Shown: piece by piece, positions 10,001 to 17,796 of the stretch
Layout of the letters: each line of letters begins with the position of its first letter
Numbering within the stretch: the stretch's first letter is position 1
From: a virus
Lineage: Duplodnaviria; Caudoviricetes
IMG/VR virus record: IMGVR_UViG_3300020045_016060
Span: 1-35,610 of that record
Reading direction: 5' to 3' (one strand)
Length of the DNA stretch: 35,610 nt
Translations under genes and position numbers: made by a program
The notes under the pieces: model-generated
Seen by the model: only the letters and a program-made list of their open reading frames with translations
The model's database searches: none
Told to the model about the DNA's origin: nothing

Positions 10001-10200
10001 AGTTACCAATTATTTTATCTTTTCTGAAAGCTATTATCCCGACGAAGAAAGTGAGCGCATATTTGCTTGGCCTTATCGCCGCAGCACTAGCGGTATTTAT
10101 GGGTGTAAACAACTCTGATCTTAAAGAAGAGTATTGTAAGAGTGCCCCTGTAGAGTTACCGGCTCAAGTTGAACAAGCTCCGGTAGTAGAGACTAAATAG
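9997..10200 (+). CDS. Small membrane protein in the lysis cassette
   Basis: ATGA overlap; TM segment AYLLGLIAAALAVFMGV. Confidence 0.5.
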   Translation: MKLPIILSFLKAIIPTKKVSAYLLGLIAAALAVFMGVNNSDLKEEYCKSAPVELPAQVEQAPVVETK

Positions 10201-10798
10201 ATATTTTGTTTTTTAAACTTCGCATAGCTGCATGATGTGGGGCCATTCCCATTGTGACGTATCGTCTAACACTATGATATGAAACTCCATATCTTTTTGC
10301 GTACATTTTTTGTATTCGTGCTTTTTCTGACTTTGTTTTATTATTGGCCTGCTCTAAAACCGTGGACCACTTACAATTAGAAGGCTCATAATCACCGTCA
10401 TTATTTATTCGATCAATTGAATACATATTTTTTGGCTCTGGTTTAGGACCCATGTCTGCATAAAATTGTTCAAACGACTCAATCCATTCGTTACATATTT
10501 TTATGCCACGTCCACCATAGTCTTTATAGCGACTACACTTTTTATTTAAACATCTCGTTTTCATATTTACCCAGCTATAGTATTCAGGTGTTTTGATAAG
10601 ACGATGTTTAACTGCGTTTGTTTTATATAAACATCCACATGTTTTGGTGTTACCATTTCGTAGTCTTTTAGATGTTGTTTTTGTTAAATTGCCACAATCA
10701 CAAAGGCATTCGAATGCTTTTCTGCCGTTTATATCTTCGACTTGTCTCAACACTAAAAGTTTGTTGTATTTGTGGCCTGTAATATCAATAAATTTCAT
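10193..10798 (-). CDS. HNH homing endonuclease
   Basis: DITG, CLCDCG, TCGC, YGGRGIKIC.EW and SIDRINNDGDYEPSNCKW...EQANN motifs. Confidence 0.9.
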   Translation of the reverse strand: MKFIDITGHKYNKLLVLRQVEDINGRKAFECLCDCGNLTKTTSKRLRNGNTKTCGCLYKTNAVKHRLIKTPEYYSWVNMKTRCLNKKCSRYKDYGGRGIKICNEWIESFEQFYADMGPKPEPKNMYSIDRINNDGDYEPSNCKWSTVLEQANNKTKSEKARIQKMYAKRYGVSYHSVRRYVTMGMAPHHAAMRSLKNKISI

Positions 10799-11225
10799 AT
10801 ATATGTATTTCTAATTTATTTTCTATAGCGTGTAATCTTTCAGAACCGTCGAGTCGGTCAATTAAACCATCATCTAAAATAATGCCAGCCATTTGTAAAG
10901 CGTCTTGTGGCAACTCTATTAAGTTTGAAAGATCCCCTATTTTTTTGTTTCTAGATCCATCTTTGTTATAGAAGTTATCCATATAAAATTTGAATTTAAC
11001 CCACATTCTTGTGTTAACCGTTTGAAAATTGTATTCATTTCTCCATGATTTTAGTTTTAAAATTAGATAATTTTCTGCACTTCTTAATCTGTCTGATTTA
11101 CCGATCCATTTTTTAGACCCTCTACCAAATATTTGTCTATTATTTTTTTTAATTCCGTGAAATGGAACATCTATGGTTATTGTCGCTCTGTGAAGTGCCT
11201 TTATATCATTTTCAAGTAGATCCAT
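10785..11225 (-). CDS. rusA: RusA-like Holliday junction resolvase
   Basis: DLSNL...QDAL..AGII.DD acidic motif pattern; located in the recombination block. Confidence 0.75.
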   Translation of the reverse strand: MDLLENDIKALHRATITIDVPFHGIKKNNRQIFGRGSKKWIGKSDRLRSAENYLILKLKSWRNEYNFQTVNTRMWVKFKFYMDNFYNKDGSRNKKIGDLSNLIELPQDALQMAGIILDDGLIDRLDGSERLHAIENKLEIHIYEIY

Positions 11226-11249
11226 TTACAAAGCGTGACACGACTTTAT

Positions 11250-11468
11250 TTAATCTTCAATAGGGCCGGTGTCTTTTATAAATGCTCGGTAAAGGGCGTA
11301 GGTATCAAGGCCATCGTCTTTTAGAAAGAAACAGACAAGGGTAGGGTTTTTGTTTTGAATGTCTGTGAAGGATAACTCAAACTCTACGTGTTTATTGATT
11401 TCTCTTGGTTGTAAGGTGAGCCAATCAAGAAAAGGTTTAGCGTGTTTGAATTCGACGTACTTTTTCAT
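11250..11468 (-). CDS. Hypothetical protein
   Basis: Overlaps the stop of the Gp157 gene in the same leftward operon. Confidence 0.6.
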   Translation of the reverse strand: MKKYVEFKHAKPFLDWLTLQPREINKHVEFELSFTDIQNKNPTLVCFFLKDDGLDTYALYRAFIKDTGPIED

Positions 11469-11971
11469 TTATTATTAGGGTAAACTAAAACACTTTTAGA
11501 TTGCAAGATTTCTGCACCAGGAACATCAACACCCGCTTTTAAATCGGCTAGAATTTTATCGTTGTCAATCTTGTACGTAGTCACGGCGATCCGGTATTTG
11601 TCAGGCACTAAGGATTCGTCTTTGATAAAAACTGATGGTTTATTGTTGCGTAGTTTAAAACGAATTTCATTACCGAGTAGTTCTTCTAGTCCCATTTCAA
11701 GCATCCTGAATTTAAGTGAATCTTTAATTTTTTTGCCCACATTTTCACACGACTTACTAAATTTTGTAAAAAATTGCGCCCGCTCTTTATAGAATTCAGC
11801 AGCGTGGCTCATTTTTCGAATCACATAGTCATAACTATCAATTTTAGCAGGCAGTGATATTTCGACCTGTACAATCATAGCCTCTAATTCTGGGGTGAGT
11901 TCACCACCGCTATCGGCTAATTGTTTCTCTATTTCGCTAACTTGATTTATGATTTCAGTTAATGAGTTCAT
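11465..11971 (-). CDS. Siphovirus Gp157-family protein
   Basis: Coiled-coil N-half; NKPSVFIKDESLVPDKY...KID...LKAGVDVPGAEI C-terminus; adjacent to ERF. Confidence 0.85.
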   Translation of the reverse strand: MNSLTEIINQVSEIEKQLADSGGELTPELEAMIVQVEISLPAKIDSYDYVIRKMSHAAEFYKERAQFFTKFSKSCENVGKKIKDSLKFRMLEMGLEELLGNEIRFKLRNNKPSVFIKDESLVPDKYRIAVTTYKIDNDKILADLKAGVDVPGAEILQSKSVLVYPNNK

Positions 11972-12561
11972 TTCATCTTCAAATAAGCAATGACTGTCAT
12001 AAGCTCAGTGTCGCTACACTCACTAGATTTCAATTTACCAGTGCTTAGTTTAATAGCGTCACCAATGTCTTTATTTGATAACCCCTTGGATTTGGCAATA
12101 TCAGCTATTTGATCCATTAGGCTCATAGGGGCAAAATTCTTAGGCTTTGGCTTCACTTCATCTTTTGGTGGGGCCTCTTGAGCTTGAGTACCATCGTCAT
12201 CATCCTCTGATTCTAGGCCCAAGATGCAAGAAATTGAGTATCTTCTAAAATATGTAAGAAATGAGCCGAACTGTTGAGGCTTTACATCCTTCGGGCTTGG
12301 GAGGTCCACAAATGATTCTATCTTTTCTTGCTCAAACATCAAAGTTGTGATGAGCCCAAAATTACCATTTAAATAACCAATCGTTTGAGTGAGTGCTAAC
12401 TTGTTATCTGATAAAGGTTTTCTCACCGCGTCGAGAATAGATGATAAAGCCGCGTAAGAGTATTTTACCCTAGACCCACCTGCATTAAAATCCACATGCT
12501 TATTTTTAATAATTGGTTGAAATTGTCCCTGAGCAATAGATAACGCTTCACTTAATCCCAC
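11968..12561 (-). CDS. erf: ERF-family single-strand annealing protein
   Basis: YSYAAL and QQFGSFLTYFRRYSISCILGL..EDDDDG signature. Confidence 0.9.
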   Translation of the reverse strand: MGLSEALSIAQGQFQPIIKNKHVDFNAGGSRVKYSYAALSSILDAVRKPLSDNKLALTQTIGYLNGNFGLITTLMFEQEKIESFVDLPSPKDVKPQQFGSFLTYFRRYSISCILGLESEDDDDGTQAQEAPPKDEVKPKPKNFAPMSLMDQIADIAKSKGLSNKDIGDAIKLSTGKLKSSECSDTELMTVIAYLKMK

Positions 12562-12634
12562 ACGACATCCTTTTGTTAAAATCCAAGCCTGATATACATT
12601 TCATGGTCTAGTTTTTCAACAAAACATTGATTTA

Positions 12635-12662
12635 TTGCAAATTAGTAAATTTGTGCTATAGT
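12635..12662 (+). promoter_or_regulatory. Sigma70-type promoter with extended -10
   Basis: TTGCAA-16 bp-TATAGT, with TG at 12654-55. Confidence 0.55.
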
Positions 12663-12668
12663 GTGTCA

Positions 12669-12830
12669 ATGGATAAAATAATCAGTTTATTAATAAATAG
12701 TGGTTATCAAATCAAGAAAATTCACAATACAGCAGATGGTGTCGTCATTGATTTTATGATTTCTGGTAAGTCACATAGGATCTTTTTAGCACCATTAAAA
12801 CATGTGAAGTTTGAATCTCTAAGCGCGTAA
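12669..12830 (+). CDS. Small hypothetical protein, probably leaderless (start ATG 12669)
   Basis: The track's TTG start overlaps the promoter; the ATG lies 7 nt after the -10 element. Confidence 0.5.
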   Translation: MDKIISLLINSGYQIKKIHNTADGVVIDFMISGKSHRIFLAPLKHVKFESLSA

Positions 12831-13131
12831 TCGATTGACTGCTCGATTTTATAAAGTCACTAATATTAAGGATTTCTTGTAAGAGAAGAGAAATTCTAAC
12901 CCAAACACATGCGTTTTTATACTTCTTAGTAAATAGATCCTCTTACTTAACTACCGCGCTACGCTTGGTTTGCTCACGACTTGAGTACAAGCCGTCGAGC
13001 GAGTGATTGTTCGATCAAATTAATTTCTAAACTTCAAAGAATACAAAGACAAACATCCTAAATACGCATTCCGTCTTCGGTATAAAAAGATCTCTTTATC
13101 TTAAATTAAATTTGTTTTATAAATAAATTCT

Positions 13132-13359
13132 ATGAAATTATCTGAATTTATTAAAGAGCGAAGAATTGAATTAGAACTAACCCAAGCTGAGATTGGCCTT
13201 AAATTGGGATACCGTACGAGCCAATACATATCAAATGTAGAACGTAAGTATTGTATGTTTAGCAGAAAGAAATTAGCTAAATTATCTAAGATTCTTCAAT
13301 GTGACATAAATCAATTAAAAGCTATGTGGTTAGAAGAATATGTCCAAAAACTTAATTAA
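13132..13359 (+). CDS. XRE/Cro-like helix-turn-helix regulator
   Basis: IKERRIELELTQAEIG..LG...QYISNVER signature. Confidence 0.9.
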   Translation: MKLSEFIKERRIELELTQAEIGLKLGYRTSQYISNVERKYCMFSRKKLAKLSKILQCDINQLKAMWLEEYVQKLN

Positions 13360-13483
13360 ACTCTTCTCTTGTCTTTGGTCTATTTGCCTTAATTGTGAGT
13401 ACTCGGAACCCCACGTTGCCTTTACAATGTGCCCTAAGTGCGGGTCTACTAATGTGCAAATAGAAACGGAGAAAACACCATGA
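13340..13483 (+). CDS. 47-aa zinc-ribbon protein (not in track)
   Basis: MSKNLIKLFSCLWSICLNCEYSEPHVAFTMCPKCGSTNV...; two CxxC motifs; ATGA overlap with the next gene. Confidence 0.6.
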   Translation: MSKNLIKLFSCLWSICLNCEYSEPHVAFTMCPKCGSTNVQIETEKTP

Positions 13484-13674
13484 GACTATCTGACTTACTT
13501 TGGTACATACTACTCGGATCTTTAATTGTTTTAGGTATTGTTGTGATTAAAAAAGGGCTTGTGTTTGATAAAGAACAATACCACTGTGTTAAAACATGCG
13601 GCCCATCTTTACATAAATTCATTGATGATATATGCCACTGTAAATCTATAAATGGATGGGATAGAGCGAAATGA
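13480..13674 (+). CDS. Small membrane-anchored Cys-rich protein
   Basis: N-terminal TM followed by 4 Cys; GGAG RBS; ATGA overlaps. Confidence 0.65.
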   Translation: MRLSDLLWYILLGSLIVLGIVVIKKGLVFDKEQYHCVKTCGPSLHKFIDDICHCKSINGWDRAK

Positions 13675-13862
13675 GAATCATTTTAATATTTTTAAGCATA
13701 AGTGCTTGTAGTAGTGCAGCTCATAAAAGAGAGTTACTTCAATCTCAAAATCCTGATTGTTTTGTTGAGAAGAGTTTAGAAATTGTATGTCCTGATCCAT
13801 TTACGGATGCTGATCGGGCAATTGATTATTTAGAGAAGAAACAAAAAAGGGGTAAGAGATGA
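13671..13862 (+). CDS. Small putative lipoprotein
   Basis: MRIILIFLSISA-C lipobox-like signal. Confidence 0.6.
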   Translation: MRIILIFLSISACSSAAHKRELLQSQNPDCFVEKSLEIVCPDPFTDADRAIDYLEKKQKRGKR

Positions 13863-13954
13863 GTTGTTTAAGTACTACAAACATTGTTTTATTGGTTATT
13901 ATTGCCGGTACATTTTTTATTGTGGGTGCGATTGTGGGGATTAAATGGGGATGA
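13859..13954 (+). CDS. 31-aa TM micro-protein (not in track)
   Basis: MSCLSTTNIVLLVIIAGTFFIVGAIVGIKWG; ATGA overlaps at both ends. Confidence 0.55.
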   Translation: MSCLSTTNIVLLVIIAGTFFIVGAIVGIKWG

Positions 13955-14091
13955 AAATACTCGAAGCCATAGAAGTGACATTACTCTCCTGCGCAATCGC
14001 TCTATTTTGCTATGTGATTTATTTAAATAAGCATAACAGTGAGGTTGTGGCTAAGTATCATGAGTTCTTAAAATCTGAGGGGTGTGAATGA
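13951..14091 (+). CDS. 46-aa TM micro-protein (not in track)
   Basis: MKILEAIEVTLLSCAIALFCYVIYLNK...; ATGA overlaps at both ends. Confidence 0.55.
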   Translation: MKILEAIEVTLLSCAIALFCYVIYLNKHNSEVVAKYHEFLKSEGCE

Positions 14092-14243
14092 AAAAGAAAC
14101 TATTTGTAGATTGGGATGATAAGCAAGATGAAATATACCAAATTTTTATAGCGATTATGTTTAGTAAAATTGAAAATAAAGGTGAAGCGATTGCACGGGT
14201 TTTTATGATGTTTGAAGCTTTAGAAACATTGGAGAAACCATGA
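14088..14243 (+). CDS. 51-aa hypothetical protein (not in track)
   Basis: MKKKLFVDWDDKQDEIY...; GAGG RBS; ATGA overlaps. Confidence 0.55.
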   Translation: MKKKLFVDWDDKQDEIYQIFIAIMFSKIENKGEAIARVFMMFEALETLEKP

Positions 14244-14338
14244 CCATTTCAACACGCCAAATTTTATTAGCAATCTTTGCAGCATTAATATTTGCTCTAC
14301 TCAATTACTTGGCCGCTTTTACTCCGATTGGATTTTAG
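14240..14338 (+). CDS. 32-aa TM micro-protein (not in track)
   Basis: MTISTRQILLAIFAALIFALLNYLAAFTPIGF; GGAG RBS; ATGA overlap. Confidence 0.55.
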   Translation: MTISTRQILLAIFAALIFALLNYLAAFTPIGF

Positions 14339-14339
14339 G

Positions 14340-14540
14340 ATGAGTTACCAAGAGTACAAAGTAACAATGCAAATGCGCTCACCTTGGGTTGTTGGTTATC
14401 ATCCTGAGCATGACGAGATATTTATGTATTTTGTGGATCAAGATGATTTGTGTTGGGTGTTTCGTAAAGGCGGCCTTGATAGTTTAGCTTTCTCCGAGTT
14501 TATGAATTTTGATAGTGCGATTATTTTAGGTGAGCTGTGA
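14340..14540 (+). CDS. Hypothetical protein (start moved to ATG 14340)
   Basis: ATG lies 1 nt after the upstream stop; GTGA overlap downstream. Confidence 0.55.
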   Translation: MSYQEYKVTMQMRSPWVVGYHPEHDEIFMYFVDQDDLCWVFRKGGLDSLAFSEFMNFDSAIILGEL

Positions 14541-14818
14541 AAGACTTCGAGCCCACATATTGTTTTAAATTAGGCGATGAGAATAAATATTTTGTTGAAC
14601 TATCAGCTTATGAAAAATTGAGAATAGCTCACGACGAAATGGTGACAATAAATAAAGCGTTGCAGGATATTTGTAAAAAGATTGAGCCTGAGATGAGTAA
14701 GCTTAGCGAAAATTTAAAGATAGCGGTGGATGTTTTAAAAATAATTAGTGAAAATTCGTCTGGATGGTCTGGTATAGCTGATGAAGCTTTAGCTAAGATT
14801 GAGAGTAAGAATTTATGA
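14537..14818 (+). CDS. Hypothetical coiled-coil protein
   Basis: Coupled to the upstream gene; LKII.....IADEALAKI tail is common in phage accessory ORFs. Confidence 0.6.
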   Translation: MKDFEPTYCFKLGDENKYFVELSAYEKLRIAHDEMVTINKALQDICKKIEPEMSKLSENLKIAVDVLKIISENSSGWSGIADEALAKIESKNL

Positions 14819-14942
14819 GCCGCATGGTGTGCGATAAAAATGAAACCAATAGGCAGTCGAGTGCCGAAACTAACAGTTTGGGAGTAATTCTTTAGCTAAA
14901 TACTGCATTGATCTCGACAGATGTAGCCATGCGGTTCTTTTT
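14817..14942 (+). ncRNA. Candidate structured RNA or attenuator in an intergenic gap
   Basis: 12-bp closing stem GAGCCGCATGGT/GCCATGCGGTTC, inner GTCGAG/CTCGAC stem, followed by a T-run. Confidence 0.45.
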
Positions 14943-14954
14943 AAGGAGTGAAGG

Positions 14955-15116
14955 ATGAAAAAGAAAAAAATTGAACCAAGCCCATACATAAATCTCAATC
15001 TACAATTACCATCTCATGATTTAGTTTTAGACCTATCTAAACTTTCAAATACAAAAGTACTTGAGCTTAAAAATCAGCTTGTTGCTTATTGTAAGCATTG
15101 GGGGATTAAAGGATGA
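14955..15116 (+). CDS. 53-aa hypothetical protein (not in track)
   Basis: TAAGGAG RBS; MKKKKIEPSPYINLNLQL...; ATGA overlap with the next gene. Confidence 0.6.
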   Translation: MKKKKIEPSPYINLNLQLPSHDLVLDLSKLSNTKVLELKNQLVAYCKHWGIKG

Positions 15117-15394
15117 CCAAACGCCACAGAGAAATGGCAGAAGAGATGGGGCTTATGAGTGTGGATATGAAAGATAAAATACTTAAGTATGGTGATAAAT
15201 TGGCTTTTGACGATCATTTTTCAGGTAGCATTTCGTCCTATAAAGCTGGCTTCACCGATGCAGTAGAATTATTGTGGCCACTGGTTGATGCGATTAAAGA
15301 TGCAAGAGCTTGTCTGCCTGATAATATTGCGAGGCCTGTTATGTATTTAGATGACGCTTTATCAGACCTAGAAAAGAAAGTGGGTGGGGGATGA
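15113..15394 (+). CDS. Hypothetical protein
   Basis: ATGA-coupled; YKAGF motif common in phage small ORFs. Confidence 0.6.
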   Translation: MTKRHREMAEEMGLMSVDMKDKILKYGDKLAFDDHFSGSISSYKAGFTDAVELLWPLVDAIKDARACLPDNIARPVMYLDDALSDLEKKVGGG

Positions 15395-15588
15395 GTAGTA
15401 CTTGGCCATATAGATATTTTTATGATGAAAAAAACCAGAGAGTTTTAATCGCCAGACAGAATCCATGCGGTTGTCATCCTTGTGATTTAATTCTCCAGTG
15501 GGGCAAGAAATATAATGAATCTGCCAGCTATTCATTTAAAAACGATCTTGAAATTGAAGAGTTTTTAGGACAGTGGATTGAATTATGA
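15391..15588 (+). CDS. Hypothetical protein
   Basis: ATGA-coupled at both ends. Confidence 0.55.
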   Translation: MSSTWPYRYFYDEKNQRVLIARQNPCGCHPCDLILQWGKKYNESASYSFKNDLEIEEFLGQWIEL

Positions 15589-15857
15589 ATTCAATCAAGG
15601 ATCTTTTAAAAGAAGAGTGTCGGGAGTTTTGGATTGAGCGTAAATCATTTTCATCTCATGTACTCGCTGCATGGGACGAAAAACCAGACGAAATAACTTA
15701 TCGAATAGCAAAAGATGTAATCCACGTCATCGAAGCAAGCTACGCTCATCGGTTAAAAGAGGCGCTTGAGAATATCCAATCCACCCTCGACGAATTAATA
15801 AAAGACAAACTCATCACGCAATTTGTCTACAATAAACTTATGGATGTAATTAAATAA
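15585..15857 (+). CDS. Hypothetical protein
   Basis: ATGA-coupled; last gene of the rightward array. Confidence 0.6.
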   Translation: MNSIKDLLKEECREFWIERKSFSSHVLAAWDEKPDEITYRIAKDVIHVIEASYAHRLKEALENIQSTLDELIKDKLITQFVYNKLMDVIK

Positions 15858-15897
15858 AAAGCCCACGCCACTTTGTCCGACCAGCATGACGTGAGCC
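15855..15897 (-). terminator. Intrinsic terminator for the leftward unit
   Basis: On - strand, GCTCACGTCA...TGGCGTGGGC stem followed by TTTTTA; sits at a gene convergence point. Confidence 0.5.
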
Positions 15898-16072
15898 AAT
15901 ATGCATTCATACATCATCGGATAAATTTACTTGATCTAAAATGATTTTAATTAAAAACTAGACGTATGAGATGTAAGCACGGCCTGTTAATTCAAACATG
16001 CATTTTTTGTAAACAATTGCAAAAAAAGCCGGTATTTGGCTATGGCGATAAACACAAGATAAAAACAATCCA

Positions 16073-16438
16073 CTAGATTTGGCCGTAGTGTTTAACAAAA
16101 TCCTCAAAAAAATGATCCTGCCTACAAATATAATTGTTATCTGAACAAATTCTAACGGCCATCGCAGTCTTACCGTAGTACTCAATTAGCTTTTGTGAGA
16201 AAAACCTCTGATATGATAACTCACACGCCTGGTTATATACCCCACCACAATGCTTAATAGAATAAGAGGCCAAGGTTTGGCGACCATATTGGTCACTTAT
16301 GGGGTATTGACTTGAACTCATCTCTTTCTTTACTCCGCACCCAGCGAAAACAAAAATAAGAAGAGCAAATACAAATAATATGTAGTCTGAAAAGGATGCC
16401 TTTGTTTGTAACCGTACGGCCCTGTATTCTTGACTCAT
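16073..16438 (-). CDS. Putative lipoprotein/membrane protein (minus strand; the track label is wrong)
   Basis: Reverse complement reads GGAGG-tattt-ATG AGT CAA GAA (MSQEYRAV...); hydrophobic stretch ends FAG-C; stop TAG at 16075-16073. Confidence 0.7.
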   Translation of the reverse strand: MSQEYRAVRLQTKASFSDYILFVFALLIFVFAGCGVKKEMSSSQYPISDQYGRQTLASYSIKHCGGVYNQACELSYQRFFSQKLIEYYGKTAMAVRICSDNNYICRQDHFFEDFVKHYGQI

Positions 16439-16490
16439 AAATACCTCCGCATTTCTCACAACACTTAGTACCCATATATAAATAATAACA

Positions 16491-16507
16491 TTAAAGTGTT
16501 ACTTTAA
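16491..16507. promoter_or_regulatory. Operator-like palindrome over a putative leftward promoter
   Basis: TTAAAGT-gtt-ACTTTAA next to a minus-strand TGnTATTAT -10 (16490-16482). Confidence 0.35.
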
Positions 16508-16528
16508 GTATTTTTTAGGGCAGTAGTA

Positions 16529-16765
16529 TCAATCTGGGCCGTATTGTTCTGCGACCCTAAAGGCCTCGGCTTCAATTTTCTTTTTGAGATTTTCTGATAA
16601 TGCTGAAATGCGGCTATTTGTCTCAGCATCACACACATATTCAATCCTAGCGCCCTTAGCTGTTCGGTCATCTGATAGAAATGATTTAGGCTCAAAGGTG
16701 ACATTAACAGTCGCCTTATACTCACTTCCATTATCCTCTACGAAAACAATAAATGACTTGTTCAT
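16529..16765 (-). CDS. Hypothetical protein
   Basis: Protein-like composition from ATG 16765 (MNKSFIVFVEDNG...). Confidence 0.5.
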   Translation of the reverse strand: MNKSFIVFVEDNGSEYKATVNVTFEPKSFLSDDRTAKGARIEYVCDAETNSRISALSENLKKKIEAEAFRVAEQYGPD

Positions 16766-16790
16766 TACTTTTTTATAAAACAAATACTGT

Positions 16791-16826
16791 TAAAAAGAAA
16801 GGGTGGCTAAGGAGTAACCACCCTTC
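16791..16826 (-). terminator. Hairpin terminator
   Basis: AAGGGTGG(16799-16806)/CCACCCTT(16818-16825) stem with a T-tract on the - strand. Confidence 0.5.
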
Positions 16827-16879
16827 CCCACAAGGACAATCAACACGTTATAAATATCATCGTACATGTAGGTAAAAAA

Positions 16880-17101
16880 ATGAACACTTTCTCGCTTGCG
16901 GATTTAACAAATAATAAAAGCCCCAAAAAGCAAGACCTAAAGCCGTATTGCACATCTCATGTTTGTTGTGGAGAATATAGCAATAAGAAAATTGGCGTGA
17001 TTAAACTAAATGCCAAAAAAACTGATATTGACTGCCCCGACTGTAAATATGCACTTCTATGGGTAACTGGTAATGAAAAATTCTTCGCTACAAAAGAGTA
17101 A
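16880..17101 (+). CDS. Small Zn-finger-like protein
   Basis: HVCC...CPDC motifs; AGGT RBS. Confidence 0.6.
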   Translation: MNTFSLADLTNNKSPKKQDLKPYCTSHVCCGEYSNKKIGVIKLNAKKTDIDCPDCKYALLWVTGNEKFFATKE

Positions 17102-17372
17102 ACCCCTTAAATCTAAAAAAAATATCTCGTATATAAAATCATTTTCTTGCTTCGTATGCGGCGCCTATCCAACCGATGCGGATCACATACGCAGTCGCGG
17201 CGCCTCTGGAGGCGATGAGTTAAAAAACTTAAACGCGCTGTGTCGATTGCATCATATAGAGCGTCATACAATAGGTATTAAGTCGTTTTTTAGAAAGTAC
17301 TATGAGCGCATTTACAACTCGAGGGAGAAATACGAATTGCCCTTGATCGATATTAAATTTGAGCTAGACTGA
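17073..17372 (+). CDS. Small HNH-fold nuclease (DUF968-like)
   Basis: CFVCG...DADHIRSRGASGGD...NLNALCRLHHIERH. Confidence 0.75.
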   Translation: MKNSSLQKSKPLKSKKNISYIKSFSCFVCGAYPTDADHIRSRGASGGDELKNLNALCRLHHIERHTIGIKSFFRKYYERIYNSREKYELPLIDIKFELD

Positions 17373-17399
17373 TACTCACACGACATCACAAAAATCCAT

Positions 17400-17439
17400 T
17401 AAAAGGCTCAAGTTGGCTTATGACCACTCGGGCCTTTTA
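17400..17439. terminator. Probable bidirectional intrinsic terminator
   Basis: TAAAAGGCT...GGCCTTTTA inverted repeat after the HNH stop. Confidence 0.55.
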
Positions 17440-17532
17440 TCTTATTAAACGCTCAATCACGATATCAAAACTTGAAAAGCCACAGATATAAGCCGACAAT
17501 AAATAAACACACCACTTAAAAAGGGTTCTTAT

Positions 17533-17736
17533 ATGGCTCAAGACTTTTGGGATAATTTGAAACAACAAGCACTTGATGGATTCAAACCAGCCGCCGCTCG
17601 AGCCGAAGAAAATATCGCCAAACGAAGAAAAGAACAAAACGGCGAGTCTCAACTCGAAAAAGATATGAGAGAAAGCCCCGAAGAGCGGGCTAAAAGATTT
17701 CGACAAGGATTTTTGAAACGCGTCGGACAAGATTAG
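17533..17736 (+). CDS. Small charged helical hypothetical protein
   Basis: AAGGG RBS; upstream TTGAAA-17-GACAAT promoter-like element (17472-17500). Confidence 0.6.
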   Translation: MAQDFWDNLKQQALDGFKPAAARAEENIAKRRKEQNGESQLEKDMRESPEERAKRFRQGFLKRVGQD

Positions 17737-17796
17737 CATATACATACTCATCGTACTATTGTTGACTTTACTTTAGTCTAGTTGTCTTATTTTGGG

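Noticed and set aside
14817-14942. tRNA gene
   Set aside because: No TTCGA T-loop, no 7-bp acceptor/cloverleaf geometry and no CCA end; kept only as a generic structured RNA.
16293-16475. 60-aa minus-strand ORF MGTKCCEKCGG as a leaderless gene
   Set aside because: The ATG is 7 nt from a -10-like box, but the ORF mostly overlaps the better-supported lipoprotein with a GGAGG RBS; unresolved.
12559-17387. 11-bp direct repeat CACACGACATC at 12559 and 17377
   Set aside because: Many 11-mer pairs are expected by chance in 35 kb; no further support.
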